Origin: Lama guanicoe
Lineage: Eukaryota
Length of the DNA stretch: 64,000 nt
Assembly (NCBI GenBank): GCA_013239625.1
Contig: MU053559.1
Location: 2,276,324 to 2,340,323, forward strand
Direction: 5' to 3'
The position numbers and the translations under genes were made by a program. Positions 53,016 to 64,000 of this stretch are shown here, piece by piece. Under the pieces are notes generated by a model, which saw nothing but the letters and a program-made list of their open reading frames with translations, was not told where the DNA came from and made no database searches. Within the stretch, counting starts at the first letter, position 1, and every line of letters starts with the position of its first letter.

Positions 53016-55134
53016 TAGCAAGTCTGCTCCTTGTCTCCACTAGAGATTTTATACTGAATAAATCTTAGACTTTTGCCCCAAGATTGCCACCAGTGGCCAC
53101 ACAGATTGTATTCTGTGCAGAGAATATGATGTGAATGGCAACCCCTTGTGTTATGGATTGTGCAGCCTCATTTGGTGGCCCTGTTTGCCCTCGTGTTCTC
53201 CACCTAAGATACCTTCCCCTGCAACTCTGCCTTCCAACTCCTTCCAGATGCATCTTTGATCTGAACTCCTCTCTCCATCCTCGCGTGCCCTCCTGACCAC
53301 AACCCCCAAGGTGTTCCTCTTTCCTCAGACCTTCTTTGGTATATTCTGTCTGTAATGGTAACCTGAAAGTCAAACAAGGTCTGCATGGGCCCTTTCTTGT
53401 TCAATGTCTTCTCTTACTATTATTTTAGCCCTATGTTCTTATTCAGCTTTTGGCCAGCCAGAATCATCTCCTTGCATGGTTTTAAGCTGTAAGGGTCAGA
53501 TCTATGTCCTCCCATCTTGGTGTCTCCCTACAGGGCTGGCACATAATTGAAATCCAATAGGACAAAACAAGAAAGTTCTGTTTAAAATGAGGGCCCTTTT
53601 AAAGAGTGAAAGATGCCAGTCGAGATGGAGTGTCTGTGACAAAAATCTTCAGTCAATACGTTTTTCAAATTCTTTCAGTTGTTGACTCTCAAATATTTAT
53701 GCTAATAACAACCAGGGAAAGCACAGATGTTGGAAATGGACCAAACTGAAGACTAATTCTAGCCAACTAATTCTTTTCCCCAAACTTTCTGCAAGAGTAT
53801 CTAACAAGAAGAGGCTCAGGCCCCATTGGCTTCTCGCAACTCTTTCTGTAGGGAGTCAAGCTCTTTCGTTTTCAGGTTTGAACCATTAGTGGGAGATCCA
53901 AAGTATAGTGATCTGAGGGTCCAGGAGGAAGAGAGGAAGATGGAGAAGGAAAGGGAAACAAACAAAAGATCTGAAATGAACGAAAACATATAGTTGTTGC
54001 TTATAGAGCTTGGATTTAGAAACTTTAGATCAGCTAAGGTCATTTCCAATTAATTACTTAAGTAATTTTATTCTTATAAAGAATAGCTGCTTTTTTTTTC
54101 AAGGAAGGAAGGAAAGAAAGAGGGAAAGAGAGAGAGAAGGAGGGAGCTGGGGGAGAGAGAACGCAAGTGGGCAAAAGGGTAGGGGCGTGGGGGAATCTCC
54201 AAACAGACCACCGTTTGCCTTTTTGTTATTTTATTGAAGTTCAAGATGCTTTAATTGACACAAGAGTCTGGAATGCTCTGAAACTCTGACTAAGGGGACG
54301 GCCTCCCTGGGTAATTTAAACTTCCTTTCTCATTCATAACCTTAACCACAAGGTTAAACTGGCACCCTGTTCTTTTTGAATTTCATGAGTAAAAAATGCA
54401 CTGAAAACCATTACTCTAGCCAGAATGAGTGATATTTCCTCCAGATCTACTTTCTGACAAATAGTACATCCTCAACCAGGTAGCTGACTAAGTCCTGAGT
54501 CACAGAAACAGAAGTTTTTCATCTGAAGTCAGTCTTTTCCCCTCCGAGTTGGCCAGGCTGTCCCATCTGCTCTGGGACACAGGAGCCCCATGAGTAAATT
54601 AGAAACCTAACTTCAAGGGAGTGAGGTACTCAGAGAAAAACCCCAGCGTCCTGTCCTCTCTGATTGTAGCCCCACACAAGGACATTTAGGAAAGAAAATG
54701 CAAATAGTTTGACATAGACTAAGAATTAGTAGGCTCTGTGGTCTGATACTGGGAAGTCTGGGAAGACCCTAATGTCACCCCCCTGCCACAGGGCTGTGGC
54801 CTTCTGAGCTAAGGCTCTAATCCCTCCTCAAAAGGTCAAGTGATTAAGGCTCCGACAATGTTGTTAGTCCCGTTTTCATGTGAATGCGTAGCCTGAAATA
54901 AGGATTGGAGAGAAGGAGGGAGAGAGAGAGAGAGAGAGAAAGAGGAACAGTGTAAGTTAGGGGGTAAATATCAGACCCCAAGTTAGAAAATTGAAGAGCT
55001 GAAGTGCCTTTGGGAAAGTTACTTTGCTTCTTTGAGAGCCGTGATAGTTGATCTAACTTGATGATTTGACCTCTGACTTCCCTTCCCTCCTCCTCTCTTC
55101 CACTCTCTTTCTTTCCTTTCCTTTTTTTTTTCCT

Positions 55135-55278
55135 ATAAGTATTGGTTGAGCCCCTACTGTGGCTTTGTTCTATGGCATTGGGCACATACCTGTAAACAAA
55201 ATAGGCTAAGTCTTCATCCCTAGTAGCTCACATTCTGGTGGGAGAAACATAACAAGCAAAGACATAGATCTGTAATAA
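55135..55278 (-). mobile_element. L2 3' end fragment
   Basis: AAGTATTGGTTGAGCCCCTACTGTG...AGCTCACATTCTGGTGGGAGA. Confidence 0.6.
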
Positions 55279-55280
55279 TA

Positions 55281-55920
55281 CAGATAGTCCTCACTTTGCC
55301 AGTTCTGATTTACATGAATTTCAATCACCATGGGCTAGTTAACATCAGTCACCCAACAACTTCATTCAAATTTCAGTCATCATCATGTATTAATTATGAA
55401 TAATTACATAAAGTCCAAATTTCACTGCTAGCTCTCCAGTCCACACATCACTATGTAAATAACAGATGCACGTTATGGTCAGTGACCAATCACTTCCCTT
55501 CTTTTTCAAAGTCAGCCAGTGATAGGTCACTGCTCATCTGTTGTTCACTTCATACAAGGACAACAAAGCGTGGAGTTGTGTCATCTCCTTGTCTTCCAGT
55601 GACAGAGAGAAGTTACAGGCAAAATAATTTAATTTTGAAAACGTTACTACTGTTGAATAACGCTCCGGTTTACTCCGATGTTCTTGAATGGAAAGGTGGA
55701 AGTTTGCTTTTTATTGCCAAACACAACTTCATTAGTCCATCCAATGGGCCGTGGAGTTATTCCAACATTGAAAGCCTAGTAGATAGACTTTATAATAGGC
55801 TCTTGATGATACAACTGGAGAGAGAGGGATACAGTTTCATGCAATTTCTTTAGCCGAGTTTTGAAAGAAATATGACATAAAGCATGTAATTGCAATGTTC
55901 AAGCATATAGCAAGTAATAT
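55281..55920 (+). mobile_element. Tigger (pogo family, Tc1/mariner) DNA transposon remnant with decayed DDE transposase segment
   Basis: TA followed by the TIR-like CAGATAGTCCTCACTTTGC. Translation gives LKTLLLLNNAPVY and, after a frameshift, KVEVCFLLPNTTSLVHPMGRGVIPTLKA*, matching the pogo/Tigger motif LLLLDNAPGH...FLPPNTTSLIQPMDQGVI. Confidence 0.85.
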
Positions 55921-56378
55921 GTACCCAGCATGGCAGAAACTTTCACTTTGCTGTGTATGTAATTGTACAGGTTTCTAATTGAAGGGAAACAGACGTATAG
56001 AATAAATCGATGCTCTTATTTCTGATCTTAAAGGATCTTGACTCTCAGAAACGCCTTCATCATTCCTTAAGAATGTTCATGCAGAGAATCAGAACTGTTA
56101 TCTTTCTCCAGAAGGGAACTACACTTAGTTGAAAATCTCAGTGTCTTTTAGTGACCTTTCAATTCCAGGTTTAATGTCCCTTGAATGTTTAAAAGGCTTT
56201 TTATTAAAGGCTCCTAGATTTGGCAGAAAACTCTGAATTGGGCAGACATTATAATTTAGCATCTAAGTATCCATTGTTTTCTTAACATACTACAAACCCT
56301 TAAAAGTTCAGTATCTTCATTAAGCAATGTGATAGAAAAAGTAAGAAACATCACCAATAGCATTCATTTGAAAGGCAG

Positions 56379-56468
56379 ACTATACACCGGAAATTGACAC
56401 AACATTGTAAACCGACTATAACTCAATTTTAAAAAATTTAAAAAATAAATAAAAATAAAAAGGAAAAA
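56379..56468 (+). mobile_element. Extremely 5'-truncated young L1 3' tip with an A-rich tail
   Basis: TACACCGGAAATTGACACAACATTGTAAACCGACTATAACTCAAT. TSD AAAGGCAG at 56371-56378 and 56469-56476. Confidence 0.85.
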
Positions 56469-57961
56469 AAAGGCAGGAATTCACTAAAAAATTATGCTTA
56501 TTGTGTTCTAATTGTAGAGAACCAAGAACAAAGCAAATACGAAGAACATTTTGATTAAGGGTTAAGTAGATTTTCTTTATGTTGAACTTTCCAAAAAGAC
56601 CTATCAAAATATTGGCAATACTGAGAAATTGTATACATGCAGATTTTTCTGCACTCCTCGAAAAGCTCCTTATTTACACCAGTGTTTTAGTTTCGCTTTC
56701 CTGCTTCTCATTTGATTCAAAGAAAAGAGAAGTTTAAATGGGATTTTGTAATCTGAGGTTATGTTTTGAGAGATGGGAAATTATATCCATGTTTCACAGT
56801 CAGATATTTTAAAGATTTTTTTTTGACTTGTGAAGGCAATATAGTCAATTGTTTGACTTGAGAACAAAAAGTTTCCTATCTTAGAAAAAAAAAATCCCCG
56901 TGATTATTACCCTTCTAAACTTAAAAAAAGCTGAAGAAGAGTTTTTTTCCACAGTACCTTAAACCACAATGTTTGTTACTCAGTATTAGGTTAAAAAAGA
57001 AATCTGCAGTGTGTAGCTATCCTAGAATCTTCATTTGATGTAGAATATTACTCTCAAATTATCTCTTCTAAGAATATCAGTATTCATCTGCTTGGTTGGC
57101 TTCTGTAGCAACAGTAGCTTCAGAGCTTCAGTAAATGTTAGCATAGCTCAGGCTAAAGAGAAATGGAACACTTGCCCAGCCTCAGAAGTTGGACATCCCA
57201 GCTCGTCTTACATGGATAGACCAAGAGATCTATTTCTCACTCCTCCAGAGTAGCACCAGGGAAGGGCAGCCTTTCTATGTTTATTTTATAGACATGTGAG
57301 AACTTACAAGGATCCAGAGAGGACCCAGTTTAATTTAGCAAAGGGCTAATCCCCACCATATCCCATTTCTGAGATGTCTGTTCTCACAGTTGGACTTAAG
57401 TGATCTTTAAGATCCCTCCCAAACCGAGGAGGCTACCGCTCCACCTTTAAAGTTCTCACAGCTCCCATTATATTTAGTCAATGAAGGAGGGGTGTGAGTT
57501 ATGTCAGTGTATATGGCACATGGCTCTGGAAAGCAAAGACTGTTTTGTACTTTCACAGAATTCCGTTCATGGAGTAGAGAGAAAAGTGACCACACCCCTT
57601 ACAGAACAAATATGGCACTCGTACATGGAATATTTCTCTAAAACAGAACTCAAATACTTTTGCCTATAGGTGGATTTGCCTTTTGATGTTGTTATTTTTT
57701 TCCCTTTGTGGAACAGTGTCCTGTGAAATGAAAAATGATAAATACCAACCTTATGTTGCAGAAGAGATCAAGGTAAGAGGGGTGAGTGGGGAGGGGGTGG
57801 AGAAAGATCCTCTACAACGTCTGAATAAATAAATGCACAGCATTGCTGACAAATTTAAGAAACCAGGTCATGAGGCACAAATTGGAAATTCTCCTTAGAG
57901 TTTTTATTACAAGACTTTATGGTGGAGAGTTAAAACTAGCGTGCACTGCCAAAGGTCACGC

Positions 57962-58591
57962 CAACTGAGTTTCCTATTGCTGCCGTAAGAAACTACCATA
58001 AATTTAGTGGCTCAAAACAGTACTTATTGATTATCTTCTGGTTCTGGAGGTCAGAAGTCCAGAATCAGTCTAACTGGACTAAAGGCAACGTGTCAGCAGG
58101 GTGGCTCCTTTTGGAGTCTCGGAGGACAGAATCCATTCCCTTGCATTTTCTAGTGATTTGAGAGGCTGCCTGCATCTTTTGGCTCATGGCCCCTTCCTCC
58201 AACTTCAAAGCCAGAAATGGTGGGTTGAGACCTCCTAACATCAAATCAGTGGCACTCACTCTCCTGCCTCCCTCTTAGACAGAAGCTTGTGATTCCTTTC
58301 GGACCTACCTGGATCATGCAGGATAACCTCCCCATCTCGAGATCTTTCATTTAATTTCATCTTTAAAGCCTGTTAGAGGGGAGGGTATAGCTCAGTGGTA
58401 GAGTGTGTGCTTAGTATGCATAAGGTCCTGGGTTCAATTCCCAGTACCTCCCTTAAAATAAGTAGATAAATGAATAAACCTAATTACCTCTCCCTACAAA
58501 GAAAAACCAAAAAAGAAAAAGCCCCTTTTGTCATGTAAGATGACGATTGGGATGTGGACATCTTGGGGGGGCCATTATTCTGCCTGTCATA
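57962..58591 (-). mobile_element. MLT1C/D-like solo LTR interrupted by a SINE
   Basis: TTTCCTATTGCTGCCGTAA..ACTACCATAAATTTAGTGGCT, GTTCTGGAGGTCAGAAGTCC, CAGGATAACCTCCCCATCTC and GGGGGCCATTATTCTGCCT. Confidence 0.85.
58377..58520 (+). mobile_element. Vic-1-like tRNA-derived SINE
   Basis: GGGGAGGGTATAGCTCAGTGGTAGAGTG...GGTCCTGGGTTCAATTCCCAGTACCTCC with intact-looking Pol III A and B boxes and an A-rich tail. Confidence 0.92.
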
Positions 58592-58734
58592 CTAGCCAGA
58601 CTGCAAATTTCAGTGTGCTCTAGGGACGGCAGTTCAGCAAGTAAACATGATTTCTTTTAAAGTCTTAAGTTTATGGCGCCTCCTGGGGACTCCAGAATTG
58701 CCTTTGCCTACTGTTACGTTTTCCTGTGTAGGGC

Positions 58735-58830
58735 CAATCTCATTTCACAGATGAGAAAACAGAAGCCCAGAGAACTAGATGATCATCTCCAACAATGCTC
58801 CGGGGTGACTGAGGCAGGAGTAAGTCTGGA
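58735..58830 (-). mobile_element. MIR fragment
   Basis: ATCTCATTTCACAGATGAGAAAACAGAAGCCCAGAGA. Confidence 0.65.
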
Positions 58831-59209
58831 ACATGGGCTCGTGATGCTCTGCCGGCATGTTTCTCACCTTTCTCCAGTGCCTCTTCTCTGGGAGGTGTGT
58901 CCTCAAGAGATGCCGGAGTGAGTTGGGCACCGTATTCACTAGCGTTGGGCCGAGGGTGAGGGTTGAGGGTAGATCAGGGAAGGAAAAATGACATTCTACC
59001 CATAGGCAGTGGACAGAGCAGCCACACAGAGGCTGTAGTCTCAGGCACTGCTCTCCACTCTTACACAGACTTCTAAACAAGCTCGATCCCTACCATAGTG
59101 CCTTCTGGACTTTAAGTTGGATGATGATACTGGGCATGCCTCCTATATGTGCACAACAAGGTATGTGAATCTGCCTATTTCCTTGGTATGTCAATTGAGT
59201 AAAATATTT

Positions 59210-59395
59210 GATAACTAGAACCAGGTTTGGGATCAGACTCCGGGCATGGGCTCACACCCCAGGTCTAGCATGTACCATTGGCCATGTGAACACTGGAAAT
59301 AGCACCCACCTCATGGAGTAGATGTGACCAGTAAAGAAGCTAATCCACAGGAAGTGTTTGGCCTGGTGCAATGATTCAATAAATGTCAGCTGCTA
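59210..59395 (+). mobile_element. MIR SINE
   Basis: ATAGCACCCACCTCATGGAGT...TCAATAAATGTCAGCTGCTATTATT is the MIR 3' end. Confidence 0.65.
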
Positions 59396-59426
59396 TTATT
59401 ATTACTATTATTATTATTATTATTAC

Positions 59427-59483
<57 letters not shown>

Positions 59484-59484
59484 T
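59394..59484. repeat. (TAT)n trinucleotide microsatellite of about 30 units with a few TAC interruptions
   Basis: Seen directly. Confidence 0.95.
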
Positions 59485-59494
59485 AAGATAAAAT

Positions 59495-59990
59495 CTTGTC
59501 CTGCATGAAGAGCTGGCCCCTTCTCAACTCTCCAGCCTCATCTCCTACAATTCTTGCCTCTCATCCACTGTACTCCAGCCACACCAGCCCTCTTTCTGAC
59601 CCTCAAGCAAGCTGTGAATGTCTTTGCATTTGCTGTTCTTTTAACGTGGAACTCTTCCCCCAAATATTTACAAGGCTACCTGTAGCTCATTATTCAGGCC
59701 TTAGCCCAAATATTACCTTCTAGAAAATTCTTCTCTGACTACCCTTACTAGAGTAGCCACTCCGGCCCTCCCCAGTCACACCCTGTACTATCTCTTCCTT
59801 TGATCCCTTTAGTGGTTGGTCATTTAGTGGTTATTAAGCTCTGAAATGACCTTCCCCCCCTCTCTCCCTTCCTGCCTTTCTCCTTCTCTGTAGACTTGAA
59901 GCTCCTTCCATTCTGCAGTCTTATCATGTTCGCTGATTTATCTTCAGCACCTGGAATGATGCCTGGAACCCAAGTGGAATTCAATGTTTG
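59495..59990 (+). mobile_element. L2 3' region
   Basis: TACTCCAGCCACACCAGCC, CTTTGCATTTGCTGTTC and CAGCACCTGGAATGATGCCTGG. Confidence 0.75.
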
Positions 59991-61661
59991 CCAGAAGGCT
60001 GACCAACTGATAATAGACCACCATCAGGGCAGATCTTAGTTGAATGCTTTAATTAGAACTTTTTGTTTTCTATAAGCATGGACCTCTTGGGGCCCGTTCT
60101 TCCCACCTCTTGTGAATCACCCCAGTCTCTCTTGGATGTCTGTTCACCCCTCCCCACCTCTTCCTCCTCTTCATTTCATTCCTTCGGGGCCATAAAGCGG
60201 GCTCCTCCCTCATTCTGAGTACTTTTTAAAAAATATATAATAGAGTACTCTCAAAGTCTGAGGAACTTACAAGATTCAAAGAATGAATCATTACCTGGGA
60301 AACTTCACAGTGATTTAAGCATATGACAAGCACTCATAAATGTGTGTGGCATGAATGGGGACTTCTACTGACTCATAAAATTGTTTGCAAGAAATGCAAA
60401 TCAATATTGATCAAGGAGGAACATAAGTATCTTGCCTTAGGTTCTGGCAGGCCTCCTGATCCCTCTCAGAACCAGGCCAAGGGCCAGTGGAGATCTGCCA
60501 GTGGAGAGGGGGGGTCCAGAAAGAGTAGGATGGGTGATGGTCCTGTTCCTAGGCCCTATATCCTAGGACTTGGAGCTTGGCAGTCATTAGGGTCCCCAAG
60601 TGACAGTCAAGAGCTGTCAACAAGAACAGGCAGTACATCTTGGTGTTTCCTTGGAAAAGAAGAAGAGGAATCCCGTGGCTAGAGAAAAATAATTTTGGAC
60701 CATAGAATTTCAAAATTGGAAGGTTTCTTTGGGAGTCATCTGCTCCATCCTTTTACTTTCAATTAAACTGCTAGCCCAAAATAACCCAGTAGTGGAGCTG
60801 GGAATAGAACTCAGGGCTGATTCCCACTGCCTTGTTGTGGGGACAGAAAAAGAGATGGAGTGTATCTAAGACAATGTTCGCCTTCTCCATCATGTACAAA
60901 GACTCAGAGAACAAATGTAAGGCTGTATAAATAGGCATGCATACCATGCTTTATTGCATACACATCATATAGAAAGCATTCATCAGAATTTCAAGTTAAT
61001 GTAGTGAGAAAATAAAAAAATAAGTTTAAATTTCTGATCTCAAAATTTCTCACCCTCAAAACAAATCCTTGTTCACCAGATGGTAGATGTTTATACTGAG
61101 TTAATATCCTAAATGCTTTTTCATTCTAGTAAATAATATTTTTTAATCAGTGCTGGGTTATGCATTGTGATACACAGATTGGCACACGTTTATACTTGGG
61201 GCTGCAATGGGATAGTCTAGAGCAGATTTCAGAAGAACAAAATGTCGTTGGCAATGGTACCCCTTCCTCTGCTCATCCTCCCTCTCCTCTTCTCTCTTTG
61301 ATGCCCCAGATTTGCTTGTCCCCTCAACGTCTCTTCCAGTGACACACAGGGAAGGCAGTTTCCTTGGGCAACACACCAGCAACACTGCTCAGCACTGAAT
61401 TTTAGCCACCTACAAAATCCAAGCTCTTTAAGACTACTTTGAATATTAAAAACATGAGCTTGGCAAAGTTACTATACATTTCTTTCTTTAGAAAACGGAA
61501 CATATTTTTTAAGAGCTCTGGGACATAAATGGTTAAAAAGTCAGCTCCCTCCGGTTTTTACAATTCTGAAATCATTTATTTATTTTCCAGGGGTGCGGAG
61601 GGTGGGGATGATGGTATTGATTCTCTGCCTGGTATTAATTTTCAGAATTTTCAGTGTGTCA

Positions 61662-61664
<3 letters not shown>

Positions 61665-61697
<33 letters not shown>
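61665..61697. repeat. (TG)n microsatellite
   Basis: Perfect TG run. Confidence 0.95.
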
Positions 61698-61699
<2 letters not shown>

Positions 61700-62955
61700 C
61701 TCCCTTTGGAAAAACAAAAGATGGGTTTCCTTGCCCACCATGGAAAAAATGGAACATACAACTCAATCCCTTCCTGAGAGCACGGAGGACCAAAAGCAGG
61801 CGGCTTAGATCAGGGTGGTGAGGAAGTTTTGTCATTTCCAGAAGGAAGCATGAGTCATAGTGTGCAACATTTTGGGAGGCCTGAATCAGAGCTGTCGAGG
61901 AAGTCAGTTCTCAGACAGTTTAACTTAGAACCACAATGTAATTTCATTTAACGCCTCCAATCGCGTGTCTTTCTCCAAGACGGCTGCCGACATAGATGTT
62001 CCAATGATTTTCCTTCGGGAACAGAGAAGAACTTAGCAGCTGAAGCAGTCCCCTAGTCCACCTCGGAGCAACTAAGCCTGGAGATTTTAATGAATATGTA
62101 TCTTTTAAAAAGGAGAAAAGAGAGAGGGTAAGAGAGGGAGGGAGGACACTGCTCTTAAAGCTATTAATACATGAAGATGGGTCAAGTTAAATTAGATAGT
62201 TAGAGAGATTAAATTCTCATGGTCAGATACGCATTTTAACAAACATCCTTTTCCTCCTTGAGATCAAAATGGACTTGAGGAAAAAAAAAATCTTTCCACA
62301 CTCAAATTTCTCATTGCTATAAGATTCAGTCCTCTTTCACAAAGGCTCAATATCCAGAAAGGTTCCAGAATGCTAAGGATCGTTCCATATAACCATTCAG
62401 AAGATGGTCATGGCAGGGGTTCAAGGCTGAGAAGAAATTCTGCTCTTTGGGGCTAGGAGAAGGGTGGCATTGAGTTGGGGTGGGACCAGACAGAGGAGGA
62501 AGTGCAGGGCTAACAAGGTGGGATGCCTTTCCAAGACTGGTTTGGAGCCACTACTAAGACGTTTGGGGGAAAATAAATTAGAAATGATTTTAAATGGGAG
62601 GCAGAGAGTGTCGAAAAATCTTTATATGTTATGGTTTCAGGAGCCTGATGATTCAGAGACCTGATAATATTAGCTATAACATGGCCTGATAATCAAATAG
62701 ATATCAATCAGATAGATAACTCTGGGCTCTGCCCTGCTCGCGATCTCCACCATTATCATCTCGAGGCCTGAGAACCCGGAAGGGCGTGACTTTAGCATGA
62801 TAGTTTCCGGTGGTTGGTTTCACTCTCAGCTAACCACGTAAGGGGAGCCAGCAGCTGTTAGGCCCGGGAAAATTTGGGGCAGTTACAGCCCTTGACAACC
62901 CTAAGAACATGTGCATAGATGAGAACATATGTTCTGCAATCTATAAATTTAGGAG

Positions 62956-62957
<2 letters not shown>

Positions 62958-62999
<42 letters not shown>
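62958..62999. repeat. (AC)n microsatellite
   Basis: Perfect AC run of about 21 units. Confidence 0.95.
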
Positions 63000-63004
<5 letters not shown>

Positions 63005-63313
63005 CCCAAGATCCATTTGGGATCTCAAAAGATGGTAATATAGTAGCGGGAAACCTGTCACCCTGACCTTCTATCTTTAGGTTGTAAAGAGACGTTATTC
63101 ATATCAGGACTTATAAGACCTTTATAGAAGTTTTTTCTGAGTCAGGCTTAAACTGGGCTAGGACCTGTCCCCGGGGTTTGGTGAGGGGTGGGGAGGTGGC
63201 TGTTTGCGCCATCAAACTTCGTAGGATTCAGCAGAGTACAATGATATATGCCCCCTTCAAGATGTCTTGGTACTTCACAAAAAGTATTGTGGGACAGAGG
63301 GGAAGTGAAAATA

Positions 63314-63349
<36 letters not shown>

Positions 63350-63368
63350 CATATACACATATATATAT
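63314..63368. repeat. Compound (TG)n(TA)n microsatellite
   Basis: Seen directly. Confidence 0.9.
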
Positions 63369-64000
63369 CTGAAACTAACATTGTTAACACTGAAGTGTAA
63401 TCGACTACACTTCAATAGAAAAATAAAAATTGAAAAAAAAGAAAATCATGGGAGATTTCAACTTTTTCAAATTCAACTTTTCAATTTGTCCTTGAGAGCT
63501 GTGAGCTGGGAAACTCTCAGTCGGGGCTTCAGTGTCCTGATTCCTAGACGTGAGGATCAGGACCCCAGAGTTTCAGCGAGGACCCTATGCAGTCAGTACT
63601 GAGCCATGGTAAAGCCATGGCACCCTGAGCATGGTCACATGATAGGATAGTGTAGGGACTGTCCATGGTCAGGGGGCCTTTCTCCTTCCAGACGATTCTT
63701 TTCTTCTTCCCAGTCCATAAAATAAGATTTCTCAAGTCCATTGCCTTCTTCCCTCCCACCACTGCCATGGTTCAGACCTTCTTTCTGTCGCATCTGTAAT
63801 TATCTCTGTATGAATCCATCTGTATCTGTATTAAGCTCAGCCTGAATTTACGCTGGTATCTCTGACTCTAATCCAATACCATATAGATCATTCTAGCCTT
63901 CTTTCCTTGCTTGTCTGTAACCTCTGTCACCAATAGTGAGCGGCCTGGCTCCCTCGATTGATCGGTTGATTGATTGATTGATTTAAAGTATAGTCAGTTA

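Noticed and set aside
58377..58455. tRNA-like sequence
   Set aside because: It is the head of a SINE: it has an A-rich tail, is inserted into an LTR, and has four related copies in the window. It is not a tRNA gene.
1..64000. Search by eye for miRNA, snoRNA or snRNA genes and processed pseudogenes
   Set aside because: None recognised. An Rfam, miRBase and BLASTX search would be needed to exclude them properly.

Overview
This is mammalian nuclear DNA, most likely from a camelid (alpaca, llama or camel), judged from five tRNA-derived SINE copies that resemble the camelid Vic-1 family. I find no credible protein-coding exon, RNA gene, CRISPR array or other prokaryote-type system. The ORF track is almost entirely chance ORFs, microsatellite translations and decayed L1 ORF2 or Tigger transposase fragments. 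The first ~3.7 kb has no recognisable repeats and carries a clean candidate non-coding exon (257-429) plus several splice motifs. This suggests the 5' end of an unidentified spliced + strand transcript (lncRNA or 5' UTR), with the rest of the window as its intron or flanking intergenic DNA. The remainder is a dense transposon record: L1 of several ages, L2, MIR, MLT1 LTRs, hAT and Tigger DNA transposons, and microsatellites. The most notable observations are retrotransposition footprints: a 5'-inverted L1 inside a deeply nested cluster, an internally deleted L1 joining the ORF2 start to the 3' UTR, a 10-nt candidate 3' transduction, and a TSD-flanked solo poly(A) insertion. There is also an unexplained diverged ~110-bp direct repeat. 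I did not find evidence for a new biological system. Repeat subfamily names come from recall of consensus sequences, and the boundaries of old repeats are approximate.
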